From NCBI GenBank assembly GCA_963760615.1, contig CAVXDX010000003.1:96001-160000 (forward strand): DNA of 64,000 nucleotides, read 5' to 3'. Position numbers and translations under genes: made by a program. This document shows positions 29,890 through 38,850 of this stretch, one piece after another. The notes under the pieces are model-generated. The model was not told where the DNA came from. It made no database searches and saw nothing but the letters and a program-made list of their open reading frames with translations. Positions within the stretch are counted from its first letter, which is position 1. Every line of letters starts with the position of its first letter. This DNA comes from an uncultured Candidatus Micrarchaeota archaeon. GTDB lineage: Archaea; Micrarchaeota; Micrarchaeia; Burarchaeales; Fermentimicrarchaeaceae.

Positions 29890-30636
29890 ATGGAATTTAT
29901 CGACTCCCACTGCCATCTTGACGCATTCAAGAATTATGATGAGGTAATCTCAAAAGCATTGAAAGCTGGAGTTAAAGCAATAGTAACATCCGGCTGCTCT
30001 GGCAAGGATAACATGAAGACGCTGGAGATAGCGCGGAAATACCCAAATTACGTCTTCCCAGTCATTGGGATAGCGCCTCAGGAAGCAATGTATATGGGTA
30101 GTTTTGATTCGGCTGTATCATTTCTAAAAGAAAATAAAGCAGGGGTTGTGGGTGTGGGCGAGATAGGGCTTGACTTCCACTGGGGGAAGACTCCTGAACA
30201 GATATCAAAACAGCGCGAATGCTTCGAGCTTTTCCTTGATTATGCAATATTCGAGAAACTTCCTCTTGTTGTACACTCAAGGGAGGCTGAAAAAGAAGTG
30301 CTTGAGGTCATAATGAAGAAGGGTGCAGAAAAGGTGTTGCTGCACTGCTTCTCGGGAGATTCCTCCCTTGCGGAGACGGCGGCAGAGCACGGCTTCCTCA
30401 TATCAGTCCCGCCTGTCCCATCCATTACAAGGGAAAAGGTAATTAAGCACATACCACTTGAAAACTTATTGCTGGAAACTGATGCTCCCTATCTGGGGAA
30501 GGAGCCTTCGGAGGTCAATGGCGCAGCCCAGCTGGTTGCGAGCATTAAGGAGTTGGAGGTGGAAGAGGTTTCCAAAGCTACTACAAAGAGCTGCATGGCT
30601 CTGTTTAACTTGGGGGGTTTGGATGGCAGTGATTGA
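29890..30636 (+). CDS. tatD: TatD family nuclease
   Basis: IDSHCHLD, VGEIGLDF, VVHSREA, LHCFSG, LLETDAPY. Confidence 0.93.
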   Translation: MEFIDSHCHLDAFKNYDEVISKALKAGVKAIVTSGCSGKDNMKTLEIARKYPNYVFPVIGIAPQEAMYMGSFDSAVSFLKENKAGVVGVGEIGLDFHWGKTPEQISKQRECFELFLDYAIFEKLPLVVHSREAEKEVLEVIMKKGAEKVLLHCFSGDSSLAETAAEHGFLISVPPVPSITREKVIKHIPLENLLLETDAPYLGKEPSEVNGAAQLVASIKELEVEEVSKATTKSCMALFNLGGLDGSD

Positions 30637-31081
30637 TAAACTGAGGTCATTAGTAAAGCAGAAGGAGGAGAAGAATATCGCGCTGCTAGTTGACGGGCCG
30701 AATGTCATAAGGAAGGATGTGAATATAGATTTGGAAGGAGTGAAGAAGAAGGTTGAGAAATACGGCAGAATAAAGATATGCAAAGTCTTCCTGGACCAAT
30801 ACGCTTCCGATAAGCTCATAGAGGCAGTGACAAACCAGGGATATGAGCCTGTCATAACGACAGGCGATGTTGATGTGACCATGGCAGTATATGCAGTTGA
30901 GCAGGTTTTCAACCCCAGCATCCAGATACTGGCCCTTATGACGAGGGATATTGACTTCAGGCCTGTGATAGTTAAGGCAAAGGAAAAGGGGAAAGAGACC
31001 ATAGTCATTGGCGCTGACCCTGGCTTCAGCGTTGCCCTAAAGAAGACTGCAGACATTGTGATATTCGCGGATGCGCGCTGA
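30623..31081 (+). CDS. NYN-domain protein (TIGR00288-like)
   Basis: LLVDGPN, GDVDV, TRDIDFRP, GFSVALK. Start refined to ATG 30623. Confidence 0.88.
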   Translation: MAVIDKLRSLVKQKEEKNIALLVDGPNVIRKDVNIDLEGVKKKVEKYGRIKICKVFLDQYASDKLIEAVTNQGYEPVITTGDVDVTMAVYAVEQVFNPSIQILALMTRDIDFRPVIVKAKEKGKETIVIGADPGFSVALKKTADIVIFADAR

Positions 31082-31137
31082 GAAAGGTTTATAAAGTGCG
31101 GAACGGATAGATATTCATTGTTTTTTAGAGGTGAACC

Positions 31138-31362
31138 ATGACAGAGAAAAGACCTTTTGATGTTCTGAATGGAGCTCTTGGAGGCTCTGTGCTTCTGAAG
31201 CTCAAGGGCGGAGTTGAGGTGAGGGGCACAATGGCATCGTATGACGTGCACATGAACATTGTGCTTGAAAACGCCGAGCAGTTGGAGAATGGAGAGGTGA
31301 AGAGGAAGCTCGGCACAATGCTTGTGAGAGGAGACAACATAGTCTTTATATCCCCTTCCTGA
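31138..31362 (+). CDS. Sm-like archaeal protein (SmAP1/Lsm)
   Basis: RPFDVL, GTMASYDVHMNIVL, VRGDNIVFISP. Confidence 0.95.
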   Translation: MTEKRPFDVLNGALGGSVLLKLKGGVEVRGTMASYDVHMNIVLENAEQLENGEVKRKLGTMLVRGDNIVFISPS

Positions 31363-31404
31363 AAGACCACCAAATTAGAATCTCTACAAGTATTTTAAAC
31401 TAGT

Positions 31405-31854
31405 TTAAATTCTGAAGTCATTCCCTATTGTTTCATATGCCCTCTTGCTGTCGTTCCAGTTCAGTATGAGGATTGCAGAGTCAAAGCTTGTGGATATGCT
31501 TACTATATTTATTTTCTTCTTGCTGAGCACGCCAGCCAGCTTCTCTATCACGCCCGCCTTGTTCATGAACTCTCTCCCAGTGACCGTCACCATGCCAAGA
31601 TTTCTCATTATTGAAAGAGCGCCAAATGACGATGTTTTTGAAACAATCTCCTCGAGGGCATCCCTCGCCTTCTCCATATCTGCGTCATCAACGAAGAAGC
31701 TCATTGAGTATTCCCCCATGGACATGCAGTAGATGTTTATCATCTTTGCAGAAAGAGCCGATGAGAACTTTGCCACTACGCCTGGGGTTACTCTTACTCT
31801 CTCACCTGTTAAGGATAAGGAACTCACCGGTCGCTTGTAGAGCTTCAAATCCAT
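31405..31854 (-). CDS. Tandem ACT-domain protein
   Basis: TPGVVAKFSSAL...INI and NLGMVTVTG...AGV...INIVSIST (aspartokinase-like ACT pair). Confidence 0.8.
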   Translation of the reverse strand: MDLKLYKRPVSSLSLTGERVRVTPGVVAKFSSALSAKMINIYCMSMGEYSMSFFVDDADMEKARDALEEIVSKTSSFGALSIMRNLGMVTVTGREFMNKAGVIEKLAGVLSKKKINIVSISTSFDSAILILNWNDSKRAYETIGNDFRI

Positions 31855-31912
31855 TCTTCCACAGATTAGTATTAAATAATAACTTATTTAAAAATCTACT
31901 GCAAGTTACGAA

Positions 31913-31998
31913 GGGCTCGTAGCTCAGTAGCAGAGCGTTCGCTTGGCGAATTATTTCCAAAATGCGAAAGGCCGCGGGTGCGACTCCCGCCGAGTCCA
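31913..31998 (+). tRNA. tRNA-Ala(GGC) with 14-nt intron at 37/38 (31949-31962)
   Basis: Acceptor GGGCTCG/CGAGTCC with the G3:U70 Ala determinant and A73. Anticodon stem TTCGC/GCGAA, anticodon GGC at 31945-31947. BHB motif: TTGG pairs with intron CCAA, with 3-nt bulges CGA and AAT. Confidence 0.92.
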
Positions 31999-32015
31999 CT
32001 GAAAATTTAATTCCT

Positions 32016-32807
32016 TTAACCTATATTTGTGGGGATAGCTCTCTCGCACACGACTGATTTATAATCGGACAAGTTATATATGTAAGATACGCCTAACCCC
32101 ACATCAATGTAAACGGTTTCAGTCTTATTGGGAGGTACTGGTGCTGAACTGCAGACAACTTCTTCTCCAGCAACGGAATTATCTTTATTAATCACTCGAA
32201 CTAATCCGCAAGCACCATCTGATTGATTTCCACTATTTCTAAAAACTCCTTGTCCAGTAACAACATAGTGATCTCCATTCCATATTTCGATTTTTATATT
32301 TTGGCATTCAAAGGATATATTGGCAGTGGGTTGCAGTGGTTCTCCTTGCTGATTTATCAACCAATCAACAAGCCAGGGTGTGGATACGGAAAATACTATC
32401 GCAATTATCGCCCCAATTATAAAGGACTTCGACCAGAATCTTATTTTCATTCTGGTTTTAGCACTAAAGACAAACCCAGCAAATTCCGTACTAACCGCGT
32501 ACAGCAGCAATGAGAGTATAGCGTATGCAGGAAAAACTACTGACCCTGCAAAATCAAAAATTTCCTCCAAGCCACATCGACACATTGGTATAGCGCATGG
32601 ATATCCACTTGGGGGATATTTTAAACACTGCCTTATGCTCCAATACTCTTTTATAACATCCACAGGATTTGAATAATAACTTGTGTGAGCCGACACCTGC
32701 AAATAAGCAATGATTAAACCGAATACAAAAAGCAGAAAGCCTGCAATTATAACCATAAAAATTTCTCGCTTATCCTTCTTCTGGGCTGCATCACTCCTCT
32801 TCGCCAT
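32016..32807 (-). CDS. Hypothetical membrane protein with Cys-containing extracellular domains
   Basis: About 3 TM segments, AT-rich codons, C-terminal beta-rich domain; directly after tRNA-Ala. Confidence 0.6.
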   Translation of the reverse strand: MAKRSDAAQKKDKREIFMVIIAGFLLFVFGLIIAYLQVSAHTSYYSNPVDVIKEYWSIRQCLKYPPSGYPCAIPMCRCGLEEIFDFAGSVVFPAYAILSLLLYAVSTEFAGFVFSAKTRMKIRFWSKSFIIGAIIAIVFSVSTPWLVDWLINQQGEPLQPTANISFECQNIKIEIWNGDHYVVTGQGVFRNSGNQSDGACGLVRVINKDNSVAGEEVVCSSAPVPPNKTETVYIDVGLGVSYIYNLSDYKSVVCERAIPTNIG

Positions 32808-32959
32808 ACAACCACCCATGAAAGTTGGTGTTCTTGAGTATTTAATGTTTCCTATCTAAACAAATGCGGAGGCGGTATGGGTGAGAATTGAAAGGAGGGT
32901 GCGAATACAGAACAATGTTACAGAGCAATTAAATACCTAAATCTACACTTTATATTTTG

Positions 32960-34327
32960 ATGAAAAAAGGGCAGAGCTGGGCGGAGTACATAACAGTTCT
33001 TGCAGTTACCATCATAATGGCGGGAATTGCCATGTACATGGCCGGCGCCTTCATGGGGAACAACAGTCAGATTTCTGAGAGGGACAGTGCATCATACTGG
33101 TTTTCAGCCGATGTAGGGATTACAAGATACTATGTAAACTCCTCAGCCGCGCAGCTCCTTATAAAGAATAATAAGAATTTCAAAATAAATGTGACAAATA
33201 TAAGCTCTACAGGTGCTGGAATTCTGATTGCGCCAGGCGGAGCCAACAACGTAGTGCTAGATCCAGGCCAGAGCGTGCAGGTTACCGCGCCAGGCTTGAC
33301 ATGTCTAAGTGGAACATACTCAATTCCCTTGGTTATAACTTATGCGGATGTGAATTATGGCACGAAATATACTGTCTATGGTGAGAAACCACTTATTGGG
33401 CAATGCATGAGTTCAATCGCACCTCCTCAATGCTCTCCGTTATGCAACTCCCCAAATGATCCAGCATGCAACGATGGGGTTGCATGCACTGCCGATGCAT
33501 GTACTAACCCCGGCACTTGCAATGCAGTCTGCACCCATACGCCGATAACCGCTTGCATAAACAATGATGGCTGCTGCCCAACTGGATGCAGTTTATTGAA
33601 TGACAACGACTGTCCCCCAGCCTGCGGCAATGGAATATGCGAGACGGGCGAGACATATTCAAACTGCCCAGGTGATTGCTGTCTAAGTGCCTGCACTGCA
33701 ACGTATGATAATAAATGCCATTCAAATTGCATTAACTTCCCAATTTCCGCGCCATGCTCCAACTTCAAGCCTGCATGCGATACAATCACCAGGGGCACCT
33801 CCGTATGCTACAACTCCACCCACAACGTTTCCTGCTGCGATGGGACACCAACAAGCTGTGCAACAAACAGTACCCCGTGCAATGCATACTGCAATGCAAA
33901 CCAGAACTGCACCTTCCCTTCCAACCCAGTAACATGTCAGAGGACGTGTAATCCAACTAGTGGTCTCTGCCAAGATTGCACTCCTTCATGCGGAACTGCC
34001 ACATGCACCGGCTGCGGAATAAACAGCATTCCATGCAATTCATACTGCAGTGTAAGGCGGAGGTGCGTCTATCCATCTAACCCCGCAACATGCACTAAAA
34101 CATGCAGCGGAGGTTCCTGCCAGCTTTGCACTCCTTCATGCGGAACTGCCACATGCACAAACTGTGCAGCAGGATGCATAGGAGCAGGTGTCTGCGTGCC
34201 ATTCTGCACAGGAGCTGGCGATACCTGTAATGTAAACTGTGCATGTCCAACCAGTGGAAAGACAAAATGTTGTACTTCAGACGGTAAGTGCTATACGCCT
34301 TCAACACCATGTCCGTCCCCGTTATAA
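32960..34327 (+). CDS. Class III prepilin fused to Cys-rich repeat domain
   Basis: MKKGQ-SWAEYITVLAV, ~150-aa pilin domain, then ~57 Cys in ~310 aa (CNDGVACTADAC, DGCCPTGC..NDNDC, CGNGICETGE..NCPGDC). Confidence 0.8.
   Translation: MKKGQSWAEYITVLAVTIIMAGIAMYMAGAFMGNNSQISERDSASYWFSADVGITRYYVNSSAAQLLIKNNKNFKINVTNISSTGAGILIAPGGANNVVLDPGQSVQVTAPGLTCLSGTYSIPLVITYADVNYGTKYTVYGEKPLIGQCMSSIAPPQCSPLCNSPNDPACNDGVACTADACTNPGTCNAVCTHTPITACINNDGCCPTGCSLLNDNDCPPACGNGICETGETYSNCPGDCCLSACTATYDNKCHSNCINFPISAPCSNFKPACDTITRGTSVCYNSTHNVSCCDGTPTSCATNSTPCNAYCNANQNCTFPSNPVTCQRTCNPTSGLCQDCTPSCGTATCTGCGINSIPCNSYCSVRRRCVYPSNPATCTKTCSGGSCQLCTPSCGTATCTNCAAGCIGAGVCVPFCTGAGDTCNVNCACPTSGKTKCCTSDGKCYTPSTPCPSPL
33976..34158 (+). 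repeat. 33-bp direct repeat (33976-34008 and 34126-34158) marking a 150-bp / 50-aa tandem unit
   Basis: TTGCACTCCTTCATGCGGAACTGCCACATGCAC occurs twice; it encodes CTPSCGTATC. Confidence 0.9.
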
Positions 34328-34415
34328 GTGGTTGGATAATGCATTGTGTTGGGTTCACACAGAAAAAACATAAGATATAATAATTCCAACTTCCATTAAT
34401 CATCCGGTGATGCCG

Positions 34416-34673
34416 ATGCTAAACCTCTGGGGGAAGGGTTACAGAAGTGAATGGTGGAGCAAGAAGCTCAGGAAGAAATTCTTGATGTGGGCAAGCTACT
34501 TCATAGTTGGCATGTACCTGCTTTTACTGGCAGTTTTCATAATCCTCTCCCTGTCGTTCCCAGCGGCATCAGACCCGATGCACATATCATTCCTCAAGGA
34601 CTTCATATTCTACTTCAGCTCGCCAGTCATGCTCTTTGCCATCCTGCTCGTTCTGTGGAGCAGGGAGACATAA
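34416..34673 (+). CDS. Small 2-TM membrane protein
   Basis: Two hydrophobic helices; GGTGA SD. Confidence 0.6.
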   Translation: MLNLWGKGYRSEWWSKKLRKKFLMWASYFIVGMYLLLLAVFIILSLSFPAASDPMHISFLKDFIFYFSSPVMLFAILLVLWSRET

Positions 34674-34743
34674 TAACTAATACTCATTTTTGAGTAAACT
34701 TTAAAAAATGTAACTACTATACTCCATATAGCAGGTGGTTTTT

Positions 34744-35100
34744 ATGGTTATTGAGCCGCAGGAAAAATTGCAGACGATGGATTTCATGCTCGATGTGTTC
34801 GGCAAGAGATGGGCTACTAGAATTTTTTTGAGGCTGCTCTACTCCGGAAAGAGGATGGGCTTCAATGAACTTCTGCGGGCAACTCCGGGAGTGAATCCAA
34901 AGATGCTGGCTGAAAGATTGAAGAGCCTTGAGTCGCACGGGTTAGTCAAGAGGGAAGTCGAGCTCAGCCCCATAAGAACCTACTACTCACTCACAGAAGC
35001 CGGACTTGATTTGAAGGGTTCAATAGACTCCATGCTTGCATGGAATAGAAAGTGGAATTTCGCAAATCCCAAAAAACACTTCCCACCAAAACAATTTTAA
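34744..35100 (+). CDS. HxlR-family winged-helix regulator
   Basis: FGKRWATRI...GFNELL...GVNPKMLAERLKSLESHGLVKR...YYSLTEAG. Confidence 0.9.
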   Translation: MVIEPQEKLQTMDFMLDVFGKRWATRIFLRLLYSGKRMGFNELLRATPGVNPKMLAERLKSLESHGLVKREVELSPIRTYYSLTEAGLDLKGSIDSMLAWNRKWNFANPKKHFPPKQF

Positions 35101-35160
35101 TTCCCGCTGTGTAATATTTCTAACTGGTTCTGATGTTCTGAGTGGAGGTGAGTGTATTAC

Positions 35161-36705
35161 ATGCCTGAGGTGAAGAGGGCCGTCATAAGCGTTTCTGACA
35201 AGACTGGCCTTGTGGAGTTTGCAATGGGACTCTCCAAGCTCGGGGTTGAGATAATATCCACGGGCGGAACTGCAAAAACCCTGCGTGATAATACGATTCC
35301 AGTAAGGGAAGTTTCTGATGTAACCGGCTCGCCCGAGATGCTCGACGGGCGCATCAAGACGCTGCATCCTAAAATACATGCAGGCATACTCGCACTGAGA
35401 GGCAGGGAGGAGCATATGCAGCAGCTGAAAGAACAGGGCATCAGGAGCATAGATCTTGTAATTGTCAACCTATACCCCTTCGAACAAACAATCTCCAAGA
35501 AGAATGTCAGGGATGAGGATGCAATTGAGAACATAGACATAGGTGGACCGACACTCATAAGAGCAGCTGCCAAGAACTATGAGAGCGTTGGCGTTGTTGT
35601 CGACCCCGCGGATTACCAGAATATCCTAAATGAGCTCAGGAAGGACAAATCCCTCTCGCTTAACACAAGGGAGAGGCTCGCAGCTAAGGCATTCCAGCAT
35701 ACCGCAAGGTATGATGCCCTCATATCAAACTACTTTGAGAAGAAGTTCGCTGGTGAGCTATTCCCCAAATTCTTGACATTGAGCTTTGAGAAAGCTATGG
35801 AGCTTCGCTACGGTGAAAACCCTCACCAGAAGGCTTCCTTCTACAGGGATATGGAAAGCGACGAGACATCCATTTCAAACGCTAGGAAGCTGCAGGGCAG
35901 GGAGCTCTCATACAATAACATGCTTGATGCTGACTCCGCCCTTGAGCTTCTCAAGGAATTTGATGAGCCTGCCGTTGTGATAGTGAAGCACAACAACCCC
36001 TGCGGAGTTGCAATAAATAGGAGTTTGAAGAATGCATACATGAAGGCAAAGGCAACCGATCCCGAGGCAGCATTCGGAGGTGTTGTGGCGCTTAACGGGA
36101 CTGTAGAAGCCGAGACCGCAAGGGAGATAACCACCCTGCTGACAGATGTGGTCGTAGCTCCGGGCTACTCGAAAGAAGCGTTGGAAATTTTTGCGGGAAA
36201 GAAGAATATGAGAGTGCTGGAGTTGGGCAGATTCTCCACAAAGAAGAGGGAGAGGAGGGAGCTGAGGAGCGTAAACGGTGGTCTACTTGTTGAGGAGAGG
36301 AACACCAAGCTGCTCCTCGGGGAGCCGAAAGCTGTCACCACGAGAAAGCCAACTGAGGCAGAGATGAGAGCGCTGCTGTTTGCATGGAAGGTGTGCAAGC
36401 ATGTCAAATCCAATGCCATAGTATACGCATTTGAGGACAGGACGGTCGGCATAGGCGCTGGGCAGATGAAAAGATCTGATGCCTCGAAGCTTGGCGCCAT
36501 GAAAGCGGTTGAATCTCTAAAAGGTGCGGTTCTTGCATCAGATGCGTTCTTCCCATTTAGGGATGCCGTTGATGTCGCTGCAGACGCAGGAGTTACTGCA
36601 ATAATCCAGCCAGGTGGCTCAAAGAACGATCATGAGATAATATATGCCTGCAATGAGCGCAACATAGCAATGGTTTTCACTGGCATACGGCACTTCAAGC
36701 ATTGA
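35161..36705 (+). CDS. purH: Bifunctional AICAR transformylase/IMP cyclohydrolase
   Basis: SVSDKTG, STGGTA, GRIKTLHP, ENIDIGGP, LRYGENPHQ, VKHNNPCG, KSNAI, ASDAFFPF, QPGGS, RHFKH. Confidence 0.97.
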   Translation: MPEVKRAVISVSDKTGLVEFAMGLSKLGVEIISTGGTAKTLRDNTIPVREVSDVTGSPEMLDGRIKTLHPKIHAGILALRGREEHMQQLKEQGIRSIDLVIVNLYPFEQTISKKNVRDEDAIENIDIGGPTLIRAAAKNYESVGVVVDPADYQNILNELRKDKSLSLNTRERLAAKAFQHTARYDALISNYFEKKFAGELFPKFLTLSFEKAMELRYGENPHQKASFYRDMESDETSISNARKLQGRELSYNNMLDADSALELLKEFDEPAVVIVKHNNPCGVAINRSLKNAYMKAKATDPEAAFGGVVALNGTVEAETAREITTLLTDVVVAPGYSKEALEIFAGKKNMRVLELGRFSTKKRERRELRSVNGGLLVEERNTKLLLGEPKAVTTRKPTEAEMRALLFAWKVCKHVKSNAIVYAFEDRTVGIGAGQMKRSDASKLGAMKAVESLKGAVLASDAFFPFRDAVDVAADAGVTAIIQPGGSKNDHEIIYACNERNIAMVFTGIRHFKH

Positions 36706-37633
36706 CATGCGTTCTCTCGCTCCATACCGCAACCATGAGCATAGCCGCTAGTATGTAAAATGGTATGCATCCCTTGACAAGCGCTGAAATTATGTTTGTC
36801 ACATTGCTCCCAGCACCAGCATTGGATGTCTGATTCTGAGTCTCATTCAAGGTTTCATTCTGTGGAACTTCCGTCGTATTATTCTCAGGGGGTGGCTGTG
36901 GAGGCTGTGAATTGTTCTGCACCGGCGGGGTTATCGCGCACGATGCCAGCTGGGCGTTTCCATCGGCCTGGTGTATCTGGTTAATCGCATCATTTGTCAA
37001 ATTCAGGGCGTCTTTTATATCGCATATGGACAGCTTATTGCTTGCGTCCAAGATTTCAGAGGAAGCATTCTGCAGTAGACTGAACCCAGTCATGTTATAG
37101 CAGTCGCCGGTATACTGCGCGCTGACCCTGGCGTACTCGCTGTTTGCAGTATCCAGTTTATTTAGGACGTTCTGCTCGAAGCCGCCGGTAGAATGATTCA
37201 CTACCACGTTCAGCGTTGCATCATATTCCTTCGACCCGACGCAGTATTCACCATTGCCGCAAATCTCGCCCACCCAGCCGACTACCTTGAATGGCATTGC
37301 ATCGGTGCCATTCTTGCCTCCGGTTATTGTTTTAATCGCAAATGTGCAGCTTCCCCTCAACCCAGCGCCAATATCGCATACTTTTCCGCCATCTTCCAAC
37401 TGACCAGACGACAAGTTATAATAAAGGTAGCTGACCCTCAGCGATTTATTGCTCGAAGGATTTATAATTGTGGCGATAACATTGCAGTGGTTGGGGCCAC
37501 CCTGCGCTATGCAGTTAACAACGCCGTTATGCAGAGGGCTGCTGCATTGGCTTGAGTCGGTAATTACTACACTCAAATCAGCCGCATATGCCATACCAAT
37601 CAACAGCAGAACAGCCAGAACCGAATACCTCAT
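36695..37633 (-). CDS. Secreted, C-terminally anchored surface protein
   Basis: Signal peptide, Cys pairs, Pro/Asn/Gln/Thr linker, then KGCIP plus a TM helix at the C-terminus. Confidence 0.7.
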   Translation of the reverse strand: MRYSVLAVLLLIGMAYAADLSVVITDSSQCSSPLHNGVVNCIAQGGPNHCNVIATIINPSSNKSLRVSYLYYNLSSGQLEDGGKVCDIGAGLRGSCTFAIKTITGGKNGTDAMPFKVVGWVGEICGNGEYCVGSKEYDATLNVVVNHSTGGFEQNVLNKLDTANSEYARVSAQYTGDCYNMTGFSLLQNASSEILDASNKLSICDIKDALNLTNDAINQIHQADGNAQLASCAITPPVQNNSQPPQPPPENNTTEVPQNETLNETQNQTSNAGAGSNVTNIISALVKGCIPFYILAAMLMVAVWSERTHVNA

Positions 37634-37645
37634 AACATCACCACC

Positions 37646-37930
37646 TTATCTTCTCCTTCTTAGTATATATCCCTTCCTTGTGTTGAACTCAATCTGAAGC
37701 AGGTATTGCATGAGGTTTAGGGTTGACAGCCCTATCACTGAAAACACCAGCATAACCCCAAACTTCATAGCCCACAAGATATCCGTTGCAGTTAGCGTGA
37801 GCACCACAAGGAGCAGGGTGAAAAGCGACAGAACGATATTGAAAAGCTCAATTATGAAAAGCCAGTTCTTGAGAGTCCCCTCGTCCTTCGGAAGAACCCA
37901 GCTCAGTGTGAACTCCTTGAAACCGCCCAT
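37646..37930 (-). CDS. Small 2-TM membrane protein
   Basis: Two hydrophobic helices and a basic tail. Confidence 0.65.
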   Translation of the reverse strand: MGGFKEFTLSWVLPKDEGTLKNWLFIIELFNIVLSLFTLLLVVLTLTATDILWAMKFGVMLVFSVIGLSTLNLMQYLLQIEFNTRKGYILRRRR

Positions 37931-38251
37931 TGCAAGGTAGATATTGCATTGCTTGTTTTTATTCCTTATGGAGCCTCAAAGCCAGCCATTGAGCATCCGC
38001 CCTTCCACAGGGCATCCAAAAACTGCCGTGCGAAGCCTTTTTGGAATTCTTCTCGGCTGGCTGAGGTCCCCCTTTGGTGGTAGCTGTTGGCTTTCGAAAT
38101 GCTCCCCCGCAGAGGAGGAGGGTCCGAACGTCAGTTCCTTCATAAGTCATTTTCCTCCCTCTGATTCTTTCTGGAGGGTCTGCTAACCATAACCCTTGCA
38201 ACCATGAAGTTGTGCTCTTGGAACCTTCTCATCTCATTCTCTCTGAACATT

Positions 38252-38422
38252 CTACTCCCCCCTCAGCCATCTCTCTAGGCACTTGCTGCAGAATGTTTTC
38301 TTCTCGCCATTCCACTCCTCTATCTCAACTACAAATTCCTTTGGAGAGAGCATAGGCTTATCGCATCCGCTACACCTGACACCGCGCCCATTCCAATTCC
38401 GCCCTTCACTTCCATCCTGCAT
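38252..38422 (-). CDS. Small zinc-finger protein
   Basis: CSGC-x24-FCSKC; GAGGTGA 4 nt before ATG 38422. Confidence 0.6.
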   Translation of the reverse strand: MQDGSEGRNWNGRGVRCSGCDKPMLSPKEFVVEIEEWNGEKKTFCSKCLERWLRGE

Positions 38423-38753
38423 ACTCTCACCTCGTGGTTTTGAACAGAGGAGCAGCAGCACAACAAGAAGTCTTACTAGAATTCAAAACAGCTGCTGCCC
38501 TCAGCACCTTATAATCAGCTTAAGCTTATAGCCGAAGCTAGAACAAGGAGAACAGTTCATATGCATGACTTCGGCTCCTGACATAAACTTTCCCCATTGT
38601 TAATTCATATGTTGCTTATAATATTATCGGAATTTCGAACTGAATAATCTTATGGTTGCGTTTTTCATTGGCTTGGCTTTGCACATAAATCCACCTTTCA
38701 CTGGAAAGCTACCCCTCCCAGAGGTTTATAAAGGGCGTTAGAGAGACTAATTC

Positions 38754-38850
38754 ATGCTTGTTTCCAAAACTCTGAAATGCAAGGTTTTCAACCCAACAAA
38801 AAGGAAGCTTGGACTTTTAAGTAGAGAATATAATAATTTCAAATTTACCA
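38754..38850 (+). pseudogene. 5' fragment resembling a TnpB N-terminus, cut off by the downstream element
   Basis: MLVSKTLKCKVFNPTKRKLGLLSREYNNF resembles the KT(I/L)KxK...K.LLxREYxN(W/F) start of an archaeal TnpB group. Similarity stops at the left-end hairpin. TTTATAAA box upstream. Confidence 0.45.

Noticed and set aside
31363-31404. rpl37e downstream of the Sm gene (common archaeal linkage)
   Set aside because: Only 42 nt lie before the convergent ACT gene, so no such ORF is present here.
37959-38201. 80-aa ORF MQGLWLAD... as a gene
   Set aside because: No SD and no motif, and it competes with two coupled shorter ORFs. The coding frame is unresolved.
38528-38578. Inverted repeat AGCCGAAG...CTTCGGCT as an ncRNA
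   Set aside because: A single 8-bp stem with no convincing boxes or family motif.
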